Part shown: in pieces, positions 52,057 through 64,000 of the stretch
Layout: every line of letters begins with the position of its first letter
Numbering within the stretch: position 1 is the stretch's first letter
Source: Azolla caroliniana
Lineage: Eukaryota > Plantae > Polypodiophyta
Direction of reading: 5' to 3'
Length of the DNA: 64,000 nucleotides
Assembly: GCA_043228905.1 (NCBI GenBank)
Contig: JBHGNT010000005.1
Coordinates: forward strand, 14,880,001 to 14,944,000
Translations under genes and position numbers: made by a program
The notes under the pieces: model-generated
Seen by the model: the letters and a program-made list of their open reading frames with translations, nothing else
What the model was told of the DNA's origin: nothing
The model's database searches: none

Positions 52057-54762
52057 TGTTGAGCGGCAAGCTCAATTGGAGCCGGATCGGCTGAATAAGC
52101 CTGAGCCGGTGAACGAGACAGATCGGTGAGTCGGTGAGCACCCGGTGAGCAAAAGAGCCGGTGAGCTGGGGAGCCGGTTAGCCGGATCCATTAGTAACCG
52201 GAAGCCTAGTAGCAGCTAGACTACTAGGGAGTTAATACTCTCGTAGTTAGTGTTAGACGCTTGAGTGAGCATTGAAGTATACCGTACTTCTGTTAGTCCA
52301 TATGGACTTGTATAAAAGTGTTCACTGAACACATACTATGTACAAAGTGTTGATATAATTTTTGAATAGTGATTCTTGTTCTGCTCTCTCTGTCTCTCCC
52401 ACGTACTGTTAAGCTCTCCATTAAACCCGTTCTCTGTTTTCTATTTTCGATTGCTTATGCACGCTATTTGTTTTTACATGGTATCCGAGTGCGAGGGTTG
52501 AGAACCTTTGTAGCTGACATTCGCTTTCGCAAGAAGAAAACCTAACCTTTGAAAAAAATAAAATGGATAGAGGAATGGCTAGCTCGCTTCTGGTGGAGAA
52601 GCTCGACATATCTAATTGCGCATCTTGGTCATACAAGGTGCACCAGTACCTGCTTGAGCATGGTTATTGGAGCTATGTCGACGGAGCGAACGACACAACA
52701 CCTGATGTGGCACACAAGGACTTCCCGATGTGGGAACAATCGGCAAGCAGAGTGATGTACTGCTTTGTGTCTAGTGTCGGAGACCAGCTGCTAAGCCACG
52801 CCCGAGATGCCAAGACGCCGAAAGAGGCTTGGGAAACTTGAAGAAGGTGTTCGCCGCAAGCACTATAGCTTGGAAGTTGCAACACCGATAGGTGTTGAGC
52901 AATGTCCGATAGAAGGACATGTCGGTGGCTGATTACACGGCCCGAATCAAAGAGATCAGTGACTCGCTTGCCTCTATCAACATCACGGTAGAGGAAGACG
53001 AGATGGTATAGGTCTGTCTTCGGGTTCTGGCGTCTAAGTTCCAAGATTTCCGGACAACTATATGTACGAGGGAGAATACGCCGTCATTTTTCGACTTATA
53101 GTCGATGCTCCTTGTAGAGGAGAACCACGTCGGTGCGTCAACAAGTGCACCCACCGACAACTGGATGCTGTACATGGAGGCGGATCGGCCCCGTGGGCGT
53201 GGTGGACGAGGCAGGTCGGCATGCAATGGAGACGGCCGGCAAGGGCAAGACCGACGACACAAAGACCGTGCCGACAGCAGTTCCGGGACTTCCACAAGTA
53301 GGGGGAGTCAAGGTGGATCCGGAGGCCGGCAAGACAAATCTGCCACGGAATGCTGGTACTGTGGCAAAAAGGGCCACAGAGAAATCGAGTGCTGGAAGAA
53401 GCGCGTCGATTCGGACAGATCTGGATCCGGCAAAACCGGTCGGGAGAATCGGCAAAGCTCGCACTACGTGCAAGGATCGAAAGGATCCGGAACCGGGAAG
53501 ACCGGTAAGGGGCCAACCTTGGTGATGAAACACAAGGCTAACTCGATGAAGAAGACCACTTCCAAATCGGAGGAAGTGTGGTACGTTGATTCCGGTGCGT
53601 CAAATCACATGACAAACCACAAAGAGTGGTTCTCCTTCTTGGAGAAACCAGAACAACCGGGTGTTGTCGAAACCGGAGACGACACTCACCCAATCGTGCA
53701 TGTCGGAGAAGTTCCCTTGAGCCACGTCGGACAGAGGGGGAAGCTGATGAATGTATTACACGTTCCGACTATCACGAAGAACCTGGTGTCGGTCGGACAG
53801 GTCGTCAATCAGGGAATGCAGGTGCGGTTTACGCACCTCGGGTGCTTCATCGAGGAGGAGGGCCAGATTATTGCGCAAGGGCGTAGAGATGGGAGGATGT
53901 TCATCCTCGACACCAATGACGTCGGCACCGCCTTGTTCGCCAAAGGACAAAAGGTCGAATCGGACATCGACCTGTGGCACAAGCGGATCGACCACGTCAA
54001 TTACCGAAGGCTTCAAGACCTGCAGACGAAACAAGTTGTTTTCGGTTTGCCGAAGTTTAGTGGCCGGAAGGCCCAAGTATGTGAAGCTTGCCAACTCGGG
54101 AAGCAACACCGGTTTCCATTCCCCGCCGAACAAAACCGTAGCCATAACAAGCTCGACCTTATTCATTCGAATGTATGGGGATTGGCATAGAACGTGAGTC
54201 TTGGCGGGAGTCGATACTTCGTCTCCTTCATCGACGACTATAGCCGACAAACATGGATCTACCTGATTGAGCGGAAGAGCGAAGTCTTCGACTGTTTCCG
54301 GAACCTCCAGAGCATGGTGGAACGAGAATCAGAGAGGAAGATCAAGTGCTTGCGGTTAGATGGCGGAAAAGAATATTTTTCTGGCCAATTCAACAGTTAT
54401 TTGCATCAAACAAGAATTCGGAGAGAGTTCAGCTGCAGATACACACCGGAGCAAAACGTTGTGGCCGAAAGGAAGAACTGGTCGCTTGTCGACGCGGCAA
54501 GGGCAATGCTGGAAGAGAAGAGCATGCCCCATTTCTACTAGGCGGAGGCAGTCCGGACGACCGTCTACATCCAAAACCGGATCGGTGACAAGGTGTTCGC
54601 GCATGAGCTGTATTTCGGGCGCAAGCCGAATTTGAGACACCTTCGGATTTTCGGCAACATAGCTCATGTGCATGTATCGGATGAGAAGCGGAGGAAGCTG
54701 GATGCAAAATCAGAGAAGTGCATCCTCGTCAGCTACTCACATGAGCAAAATGGGTATAAGTG
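52057..54762 (+). mobile_element. Ty1/copia element G, 5' half (same family as A)
   Basis: LTR 52057-52478 (TGTTGAGC..TTTACA); PBS TGGTATCCGAG 52479; gag from 52563; CWYCGKKGHREIEC; WYVDSGAS; integrase; several stops. Ends abruptly after ..ILVSYSHEQNGYK. Confidence 0.9.
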
Positions 54763-57700
54763 AAAAGCTACCACTAGAACCATTCCAGAAATGGGGGCTG
54801 GATTTTGTCGGGCCATTTAAACCACCGGCAATGAGAACCGGCAACCGGTACGTGATCGTCGCGACGGATTACTGCACTAAGTGGGTGGAAGCGAAAGCCC
54901 TACGAGACAACACCGCGGCGTCAACGGCAAAATTCTTATACGAATGCATTTGGTGCTGGTACGGATGCCCCATAGAGCTAATAAGCGACCAAGGAGGGCA
55001 CTTTCTTGGACAGGTGGTAGAAAGTTTGACGACGTTCTATGCGGTAGTACATAAACGGAGCACCCCGTACTACCCACAAGCCAACGGATTAGCGGATTCA
55101 ACAAACAAAACGCTACAGAATATCCTGCGCAAGATCGTCAATGAAAATCGGACAAATTGGGACACGAAGCTGCACAGTGCGCTCTAGGCTTACCGGACAG
55201 CGTACAAAACAAGCATCCGAACAACGCCGTTCCGGTTAGCATTCGGATTAGAGGCAGTAATGCCAGTCGAATTCCAGGTACCGAGCTTACGGATTCAGAT
55301 TCGGGAACGACTCAATGAAAAGGAATCAGAGGCAATTCGGTTAAAGGCTCTGTGTGAACTAGAAGAACACCGACTGGCGAGCATCATGCACCTAGAATTG
55401 GAACAACGACGACGGAAAGCGTTTGTAGATCGGCACCGGAAGGGAAACGAGAAAATGTTCGGCATCGGCAAGCCGATACTAGTGTTCCAAACCCGGATGG
55501 GTAAAATGCCAGGCAAACTACGGTTTAGATGGACCGGACCGTACTGGATCACACGCGAGTTTAATGGGTCTTACCAGTTAGGGACACTTGCTGGCGAAGT
55601 GCCGGGTAAATGGGTCAATGGATTTAGACTAAAACCATACAAGGGACCTATGCCCAAGAACCCATTTGAACGAAGGGCCGCCACCGAATCAGATGCCGGC
55701 AGACCAACCCGTGAGGAAAACGGCTACCACCAAGCTGGTAAGGGGGAGCACGAGCCGACAACCGAGGAAAGCATAACGACGGCAAACCGTCAAGAGGCCG
55801 GCAAGGTGCGCGATTCGGGTAAGGGTCCGACAGGACCGGAGAAAAATTAACCACACAATTAATTTTTCGAAGAAAAAAAAAAAAAAAAAAAAATTTCGAA
55901 ATCGAATGGAATCAAATAAATCATGAAAAGGAGTGGTGGAAACAACCATGCACACGAGGAGTAAAGAGGCACGTCGAAAAGGTACGAGGGGCTATGAATA
56001 GGACATTAAACCACCGCCACATGGCACGCAATGCTATTATAGTACATGACCTGCAGATGCGGAGGCTCGAAAAAGGCGCCAAGATGCAGAGAGAAAAACC
56101 CCCACGCATCAAGACCTTCTCCTATCGCGAACCAAGGAGAATAGACGTAGACAAACGCGTGAAGATCAATCGCAGAGAGCTCGCACATTGAGAACCCCCT
56201 CCCTCAGAACTTTCTCTCTCACACTCTCCCCACCACCAAACCTCGCCAACGCTCTCCCACCTCGACGCAGAGATGGACTGCCAAACGTTGTCTGAAGCCG
56301 CCAAGAAATGGCTACGGCAGCACGAACTGGAGGGTTTTTTAACGATCATGGAGGCAGCGCCACACAAGGAGGCCGAAAAGATTATAAAAGAAATCGACAT
56401 AGAGGTGATCACGGAGGAGGCGATCCGTGCATTAATAGGCCTTCCGGAGGGAGGCATCTACACGATCGACAATCCTACCTCCGAGCAACTCATCAAATAT
56501 TTCGGTGAGTACTCTCTCGCCAGCAAGGGCTACAAGACACAGGGCGGCGAAGATATGCTGTTCCGCGAAATTGCCCGTGTGCTCCATGAGTTCGGCCACA
56601 TGTACCCTCGACCCCCCATCATGCCTTAGAACCGGGCAGGCTTGATTATCGCGACATATGAAGGGGTCAAGGTAGATTGGCCGGTGCTGATCGTCGACGG
56701 GCTGTGTACGGCCATTGATATAGTAAGAGGAAAGGACGGCAAGGAAGGCCGGAAAATATGGCATGCGGTGACGCAATGGCTCACCCTATTGGCGCCACCG
56801 GTCGAGCCCGTCCAAACCAAGAAGCGGGGAAGAGCAATGGACGGCACCCCGAAACCTGCTTCGAAACGGCAACAACTGTTGGCCTCCAAGGCCACTAAGG
56901 GGAAGACGGCCGACGCAGAGAAGGCGGCAAAGGAGCGCACCAGCCGGAAGCGGTCGATGGACACACACGAGGAGACACTAGCACGGCCCCTGAAGAGCCC
57001 ACTACACCGATCGGTGCAACAAGAAACGAACACCTTGGCGGCAAGAATGAATGTCAGGACTCAGGCAGAAGAAATGGAGGAAGAATCCACGGAGCACCTC
57101 CAGCGGCGGCCGGTGAAGAGCACCGTTGAATCAGCCGGGAAGCGTTCAGACCCACAGAAGGATGGACCGCTCGCAACTCACACTGAGCATCCCACGCCAA
57201 GGGAGGCACCCGAACCGGTTCGAAGGGAACTGGTCACATAAGTCCCGACACAACAGGCATCACCGGTAAGTCCCATAACTCAAGTGCCGGATATACAAAG
57301 ACCAACCGTCCTAGCCGGCCAAGAACAAGCAGACAAGGGGCGGTTAGCCGAAACGCACTCAGAGCCGGAACGGTAAAGTGGTCAGCTGGCAGAACCAGAA
57401 GCGCAACTCGACGCAGTAAGGCGGGACCAGCCACCGGCGAATGAACCTATCAGCCAACTCTCTGTGCAAGCGCAACAACAGTGTGCGGACAACCAATGGC
57501 TCTGGTGGATAGGAGAACAAATTGTTGGTGTAGTCGGATGCGTAGAGGTGGAGGAAAGAGCGCAAACGGAATGGTTGCTCGTCACAACCGATGAACTGGA
57601 GACGGCCTGGTCAAGGATCCGGTGCCTCGAACAAGACTTGGATCGGATCACAGGAGACATGGCCAAAATGGCCTTAACCGCAACACAGATCCAAGCACCA

Positions 57701-59526
57701 GTGACTCCGGTTGATGAACAGAGGAATAAGACCCCGGAGACTCAAACTGTTCCGGAGAAAGATGCGGTGCAAGCCCAACAGCTTGCGGAATTACGAGATG
57801 AACTTGCCGCACAAGAAGCATTACGGAACTGCGAACGCGACTTGAAGAAGGCGGCTGAAGAAGAATTAAAAAAGACTGCTGAGAACCTCCGCCCGGTAGA
57901 GGAAAACCTCTGTAAAGGACATCATGCTTACGACCGGCTGAAGGAGGAAAAAGAGAAATTGCTGTAGGAAAAAGACAAGCTACGACGGATGGCGGAGATG
58001 GAAATCGAGAGGCTGAAGGAAGAACTCCGTCAACAGAAGGACCGGGAGGACCGCGCGCGCCGGCAGATCAACCAAAGGCTGAAGCAGAAGATCGATGATT
58101 TTGATCACCTGCATCGGGACTACAAGCAGCTGGAGGCAGAATATAAGCAACAGCAGGAATGGATGGTCAAGCTCCGGCAAGAAGTTGATAGGGCCACAAC
58201 GGCACTCGCCAAAGAACGGGCTGAGAGTTCCAAGCTATTGGAGGAAGCGGCGAATGACGGAATGGCGCTCCACAAACAGAACCATGAAGACAAGGAGAGA
58301 GCGACAATGGTATTACAGAGGTTGCAGACAACCTATCAAAATCAATTGTCGCATTATAGGGAGCAGGAGGCGGACACGGTTCGAATCATCAAGCAATTGA
58401 AAGAGGAGCGGCAAGCCGCAGAAAATAAATCACAGATGGGAGCCGAACGGATCCAGTGCATCCTCCGGTCATGGCTCACTAAGACCAAAAGCTTGATTGA
58501 CGACAGCTCTGTGCGTTGGTGGACGAAATGGGTGCAGAATACGGCGGAACTCCAATTGCTCAGTGCGGACGTGGAAAATCGGCGGAAGGAGAGTGATGAC
58601 TGTTATACGCTGACATCAGAGGACTTCACCACCATAAGGGATGAGCTGGCGGAAGATTTCACAGCCCTAGCGGATGAACAATTGGTGCAAGTCCGGCAGC
58701 TCGTAGCTCAACTGTATGACGATCAGCTGGAGGCTCAAATCCAGTTTGAGAGCTATGAGCGGTCCCGGCTCCGGGAAGAAAAAGCGAGAAAGGCGGCAAC
58801 GGTCAACCTTAGTGATGAGGAACCGTCGTCGGTACTAGGACCAGATGGAGACCAGGTCGGGGTTAGTCAGCCAGAGACAACTCCGACGAAGGAACCAACG
58901 AAGGAAACGCCGGTGCCAGAGCAACAAACGGAGTTGCAACCCCAAACGGAGAAGGCACAAACGGAGCAGCCACAGCCACAAACAGAACAGCAGCCACAAC
59001 AGCCACAGCCACAACAACAACAACAGATTCCTGTTGAGCCATTGGAAAATTTGGAGCAAAGCATTTTGGACATTTTGGACGAAGCGTGAAAGGGCTGAAT
59101 AATGGGTTCGACGTACAAGGTACTGTCCCATGGGCGTGCCATGTGTTACCGGCCGGCAAGAAGGCTTAAGGAGGTCCAAACCAGAGTGTGAAAGGAATAG
59201 TTTATTCGGGAACTGTTGTAATTAGTAGTCTTAATATATATATTAATATATAAGAAGATGTGGACGGACGGAACGGAATCGGTATGCCGATCCGGATCCG
59301 GACCGATCTTGAAAAGGTGCCGGTTGGCACCGTTTTGTATTTCGCACCGGACACCTATATAAAGGCCCGGTTACAATGTAATCGAGGATGGATAATTAAT
59401 AAAGCTTATTGTCTTAATCTTCCAGTGTTGATTACCGTTCTGTATTCATTGTTATATCTTATGCGTGTTAATTACGGATTGCTAAGTAACCAATTAAGGT
59501 CTAAGTAAGCGTTGTGCCGTAAATCA
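54763..59526 (+). mobile_element. Non-chromoviral Ty3/gypsy (Tat/Athila-related) 3' half: integrase, extra ORF, 3' LTR
   Basis: PLEPFQKWGLDFVGP, ATDYCTKWVEA, ISDQGGHF, YYPQANG, KLRFRWTGPY (GPY/F) to 55850; A-tract; extra ORF; purine tract AAGAAGA then LTR-like 59259-59526 (TGTGG..AATCA) with TATATAAA and AATAAA. Confidence 0.85.
56273..59089 (+). pseudogene. Extra (env-position) ORF of the gypsy element, about 939 codons in one frame with four in-frame stops
   Basis: Track ORFs 56273, 56642, 57464 and 57989 share one frame, separated by TAG 56627, TAA 57239, TAA 57374 and TAG 57965. N-terminal globular part, disordered basic linker, long coiled coil, Q/P/E-rich tail. Confidence 0.8.
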
Positions 59527-60084
59527 TTCTGCCGTACCACCCTTTGGTGAAGTGTCTTAAGTGGACACCCTGTGTTAGGCTGTTGTCCGGCCCTAGGATT
59601 AACAGGAAGGTCTGGCCCTTCCGTCCTTTCCTGCACGCTTGTCTTCTACCAGAACATCGTAGTTCTGGCACGCCGCTTCCGCGAATCCGGTTTTCTCCTT
59701 GACTGGGTCGTCCCATCCAGTAACCTCTCGGATCCGCTTCTCCACACGGTCCGCTTCTTCCTTCCTCAGTTGTACGCCGGTGAGGCCTTCTAGCACCAAC
59801 AGCCAGAATACAGAGTCTTTCGTCTTTCGGCCTTCGTTGCTTTCGACCCGTATTCCTGCCGATGTCGAGTAGTGGACGGCCTCCGCATGGTGCGCCATCG
59901 CTTCTTCCATCATCGTTTTCATTCCTCTACGCCCGGTATTCAACTCCCCAGGTCTGGCACCCAACCTGTACCTCGAGCACCTCTGCGTGGATGCCCAGCG
60001 TTGCCACCAAAGGGAATCCGGCCACTCGCCTGTCCTCTAGGATGTCCCTCACCACCATCTCGGCTCGGTAGGCCTCTAAATATA
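59527..60084 (-). mobile_element. Gypsy gag fragment related to element D
   Basis: YLEAYRAEMVVRDILEDRRVAGFPLVATLGIHAEVLEVQ parallels YLDAYKAEMLM.NVPEDRRLTGFAKVVTLSIHAEVFEIQ at about 42060. Confidence 0.75.
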
Positions 60085-60206
60085 TGTCTTGAATAAGCCC
60101 ATTGAGGCTATATTTGTAAATAGCCCTAAGTTCATATAACTATAAATATGACTTAGGGAAATCACTTTAGTGTGGTTGTGTTGTTGTCATATTGTGGTTA
60201 CTGTTG

Positions 60207-60268
<62 letters not shown>

Positions 60269-63200
60269 CATAGAAATACTCTGTTGTAGCCACCACTGTG
60301 CGAAGAAACAGAGCTCGAGGTCGTTGCCTCTGAGTCTCTAATTGTACCCCTTCTCTTCATAGTGCTAGTTCAGAGTTTGTGGGCTCCCGTGGTTTTTCCC
60401 TATTAGGGTTTTCCACGTAAACATCCTGTGTCATTTTCTTGTGTACTCTCCACTTCCCATTTCTGTGTTTGTTTCTTATAGAAGTAATTTACTACTGGAT
60501 TGTGGCCGAGCAATATTCCGTGCATTTCTCTTCAAACTAGTATCACAACGAACAACACAGAAAATGGAAGAATCTTACGGCAACATGTTCAAGCTCACCG
60601 GCTCCAACTACTCAGTGTGGAAGTTGAAAATGAGGGACATGCTGGTGGTTAAAGATCTTTGGTTGCCGGTTCAGTTCGGGGACAAGAGACTGGATAAGAT
60701 CGACGCCACAGTGTGGGAGGTGATGCACATGATGACGACGGCATACATCCGGTGCTTCATCGACATGAACCTGTAAAAAAACTTCAATGAAGAGAGCAAG
60801 GCTCATGAACTCTGGGAGAAGATCGACATCATGTTCCAGAACAAGAATGTCGTTAATCAGGTTTCGGTATTTCGGAAGCTAGTGAGGCTCCGGTACCAAG
60901 ACGGCTCTAGTATGGCGGAGCACATGAATGCCTTCCAGGGGCTGATACACCAAGCAACCTCGTTGGAAGTACCTCTCGCCGATGAGGTACTTGCTCTACT
61001 CTTGCTCGGTTCCATCCCGGATAGCTGGGAGACGTTAGTTCTCACGTTGGGAAATGTTGGGCCGGAAGGAAAACAACTATCCCTAGCAAGAGTCAAGTCA
61101 AGCTTGTTAGATGAGGAGGCGCATTGGAAAGACAAGGAGGTGATCTCCGACGCCAAAGCCCTCCTTACCAAATCGGAACGCGGAAGACAAAGGAATCAGA
61201 GTCCCCAGAACTAGGAAAAGTCGGGGACACGGTCAAAGTCAAGGGGGAGGCCCACTTGCTTCTATTGCGGTAAGCCAAGGCACTTCCAAAAGAACTGTCA
61301 GCATTTCCGGAAAGACAAGGGAACCGACAGTACCGATTCGAAGAATTCCCCGGACCGAAACGGTTCGGATCGGCGAGGCCTGGACCGGAAGGGAACGATG
61401 GCGATCACGGCAAGTGAAGAAGAACTAATGCTCAGCACCGAGGAGAATGAGTTGAACCTTGCCGTCGACGAGACAACGTGGGTTGTCAATTCCGGAGCAT
61501 CGTTCCACCTTACCCCGGACAGGACATGCTTTTCATCCTACACAGCCAGTGAGCACGACTGTGTCCGGATGGGGAATGAAGAGACATGCCGAATTATCGG
61601 CATAGGAGATGTGTTGTTGACGACATCAACCGGATGCAAGTTACGGCTGAAGGATGTCCGACACGTTCTGGAGGTTCGACTGAAGCTGATATCAGCCGGT
61701 CGGCTAGATGATGAAGGCTACACAAGTAGCATCCGGAACGGTGTCATGAAGTTTTGCAAAAGGGAGCTTAATAGTGGCTCGAGCCCGGAAGGTCAACACT
61801 CTCTACTTGATGAATGCCCGGATATGCCGAGAAGAAGTGAACGTAGCATCTGACACTGCCGGTGAGCTGTGGCACAAAAGATTGTGTCACATGAGTGAGA
61901 AGGGGATGAAGAGGCTCGCTGAAGACAACCTCATTCCAGTGAAGGACATGCAACTTGAGAAGTGCACCGACTGCCTGGCCGGAAGGCAAAACCACACCTC
62001 CTTCCGGTCAAGACTACCGATGAGATGGAATGCACCACTGGAGCTAGTGCATATCGATGTGTGTCAAGTAGACACGAAGTCACATGCTGGATCGTAGTAC
62101 TTCATGACGTTCATAGATGATCATATCTAGAAGTTGTGGGTCTCACCATTGAAGACGAAGGATCAAGTGATATCCGTCTTCAAGGAGCTCCACGCGAGAG
62201 TGGAAAGAGAAACTGGTCGGAAGCTGAAATAGGTTCGAGCATATAACGGAGGAGAATACCGGGGGCAGTTTGAGGAGTACTACCGGTTGAAGGGAATCTG
62301 GCTCGAATTCACCGGGCCGAAGACGCCGGAACTAAATGGATTGGCCGAAAGGATGAACCGAACCATAATGGAGAGAGTTCAGAGCATGCTCACACATGCC
62401 AAGTTACCCAGGACGTTTTGGGCTGATGCACTGACGACGACGACCTATGTGATAAACAGATCACCCTCAGTACCCTTGGACAGAGACTCACCGCAGAAAA
62501 TATGGACCGGTAAGGATGTGTCTTACCGGCATTTGAAGGTGTTCGGGTGTCTCGCATACGTGCGTGTGGCGAAAGACAAGAGAGAAAACCTGGATCCAAA
62601 GTCCCGACCATGCATATTCCTTGGATACGGCGATGATGAGTTCAGTTACCGGGTGTGGGATCTGGTCGACAGAAAGGTGTTCGGGAGTCGAGACATAGTC
62701 TTCATGGAAGACAGGACCATTGCTGACTGGGAGTCGGAGAAGAAGGTAACGAACTCGGGATCATCCATTGAAAACCGGCTTGAGGACAAAAGGATATACC
62801 TGGTTGAAAACCAGATGTTAGCCGGTAACCAGATGACACTCGACGAACCAACCGGATACGGACAGGAAATCGAACCGACCGAAGAAGAAGAAGAAGAAGA
62901 AGAAACTGGAACCGGTCAAGATCCCAAATCGGATTCGGATTCGGAACAAATGGAGGAATCGGCAGTCAGAAACCAAGGACGGAGATATCCTCTCCGGGAG
63001 AGAAGAGCCCCCCGGAGATTTCCGGATGCAGAGCATGTGTTGCTAACTGACGAGGGGGAGCCAGAAAGCTTTGAAGAAACAAGGGGAGACGCCCACAGCC
63101 GCAAGTGGTTGAGTGCCATGTAGGATGAGATGGATTCCCTACAGTACCCTTGGGAGGAGACTCACCTCAGAAGGTATGGACCGGCAAAGATGTATCTTAC

Positions 63201-64000
63201 CGGCATCTGAAGGTGTTCGGGTGTCTTGATTACGTGCATGTGGCGAAGGACAAGAGAGAAAAGCTGGATCCGAAGTCCCGACCATGCATATTCCTTGGAT
63301 ACGGCGACGATGAGTTCGGTTACCAGGTGTGGGATCTGGTCGACAAGAAGGTGTTCCGAAGTCGGGACATAGTCTTCATGGAAGACAAGACCATTTCCGA
63401 CTAGGAGTTAGAGAAGAAGATGACCAACTCTGGATCATCCAATGAAAACCGGTCTGAGGACATAATGACCTACTCGGTTGAAAGCCGGATGTTAGCCGGT
63501 AACCGGATGACACTCGACAAACCGGCCGGATTCAGACAAGAAACCGAACCGACCGAAGAAGAAGACACTGGAACCGGACAAGATCCCGAATCGGATGAGG
63601 ATGAGGAACAAACGGAGGAACTGGTAGTCAGAAGCCAAGGACGGAGATATCCTCTCCGAGAGAGAAGAGCCCCCTGGAGATTTCCCGATGCAGGGCACAT
63701 GTTGCCAACCGATGAGGGGGAGCCGAAAAGCTTCGAAGAAGCAAAGAGAGACACCCTCAGTCGCAAGTGGTTGAGTGCTATGCAGGACGAGATGGATTCC
63801 CTGCATGAGAACCACACATATGAATTGGTGGAGTTGCCAAAGGGAAAGAGGGCACTCAGGAACAAGTGGGTGTACAAGCTGAAACCGGGAGACACCAGAA
63901 ATCCACCAAGGTATAAGGCCCGAATCGTGGTGAAGGGCTTCTAGCAGAACAAAGGAGTGGACTTCGATGAGATCTTTGCCCCGGTAGTAAAGATTACATC
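60085..64000 (+). mobile_element. Ty1/copia element H (Tnt1-like), decayed, runs off the window
   Basis: LTR about 60085-60534 with (GA)n; degenerate PBS TAGTATCACAAC at about 60538; gag MEESYGNMFKLTGSNYSVWK at 60564; zinc knuckle; WVVNSGASFH; integrase; RT start (NKWVYK..YKARIVVKGF); internal duplication. Confidence 0.9.

Noticed and set aside
54666-55187. 173-aa ORF as a genuine copia-gypsy fusion protein
   Set aside because: Its first about 32 residues are an off-frame reading of copia DNA, and both partners carry stops.

Overview
Eukaryotic land-plant genomic DNA; the TE complement suggests a fern or other non-seed plant, but that is inference. There are three intact intron-containing host genes, all on the - strand: a kinesin-14 (ATK1/KIN14C type, 17 exons), an organelle-targeted FolD (5 exons) and a GT61 glycosyltransferase (3 exons). 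Most of the rest is retrotransposon sequence. (i) A full-length two-ORF LINE with RTEX-like features and both ORFs open (about 2850-8100). (ii) A 20.3-kb, four-level nest of copia and gypsy LTR elements (23996-44272); most boundaries are fixed by TG..CA ends, PBS/PPT and TSDs. (iii) A 5'-truncated L1. (iv) A right-hand block of fused copia/gypsy pieces, including a gypsy extra ORF of about 939 codons and a Tnt1-like copia with a diverged internal duplication. The first 2.6 kb holds a decayed RING-finger exon missed by the ORF track, flanked by tandem arrays. The most notable signals are the intact RTEX-like LINE, the gypsy extra ORF, an inverted repeat enclosing the PPT/LTR junction in two different copia families, two solo LTRs inserted at the same TGACGT site, and a large insertion inside a conserved GT61 segment. 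All boundaries were read by eye, and family and clade names are not database-verified.
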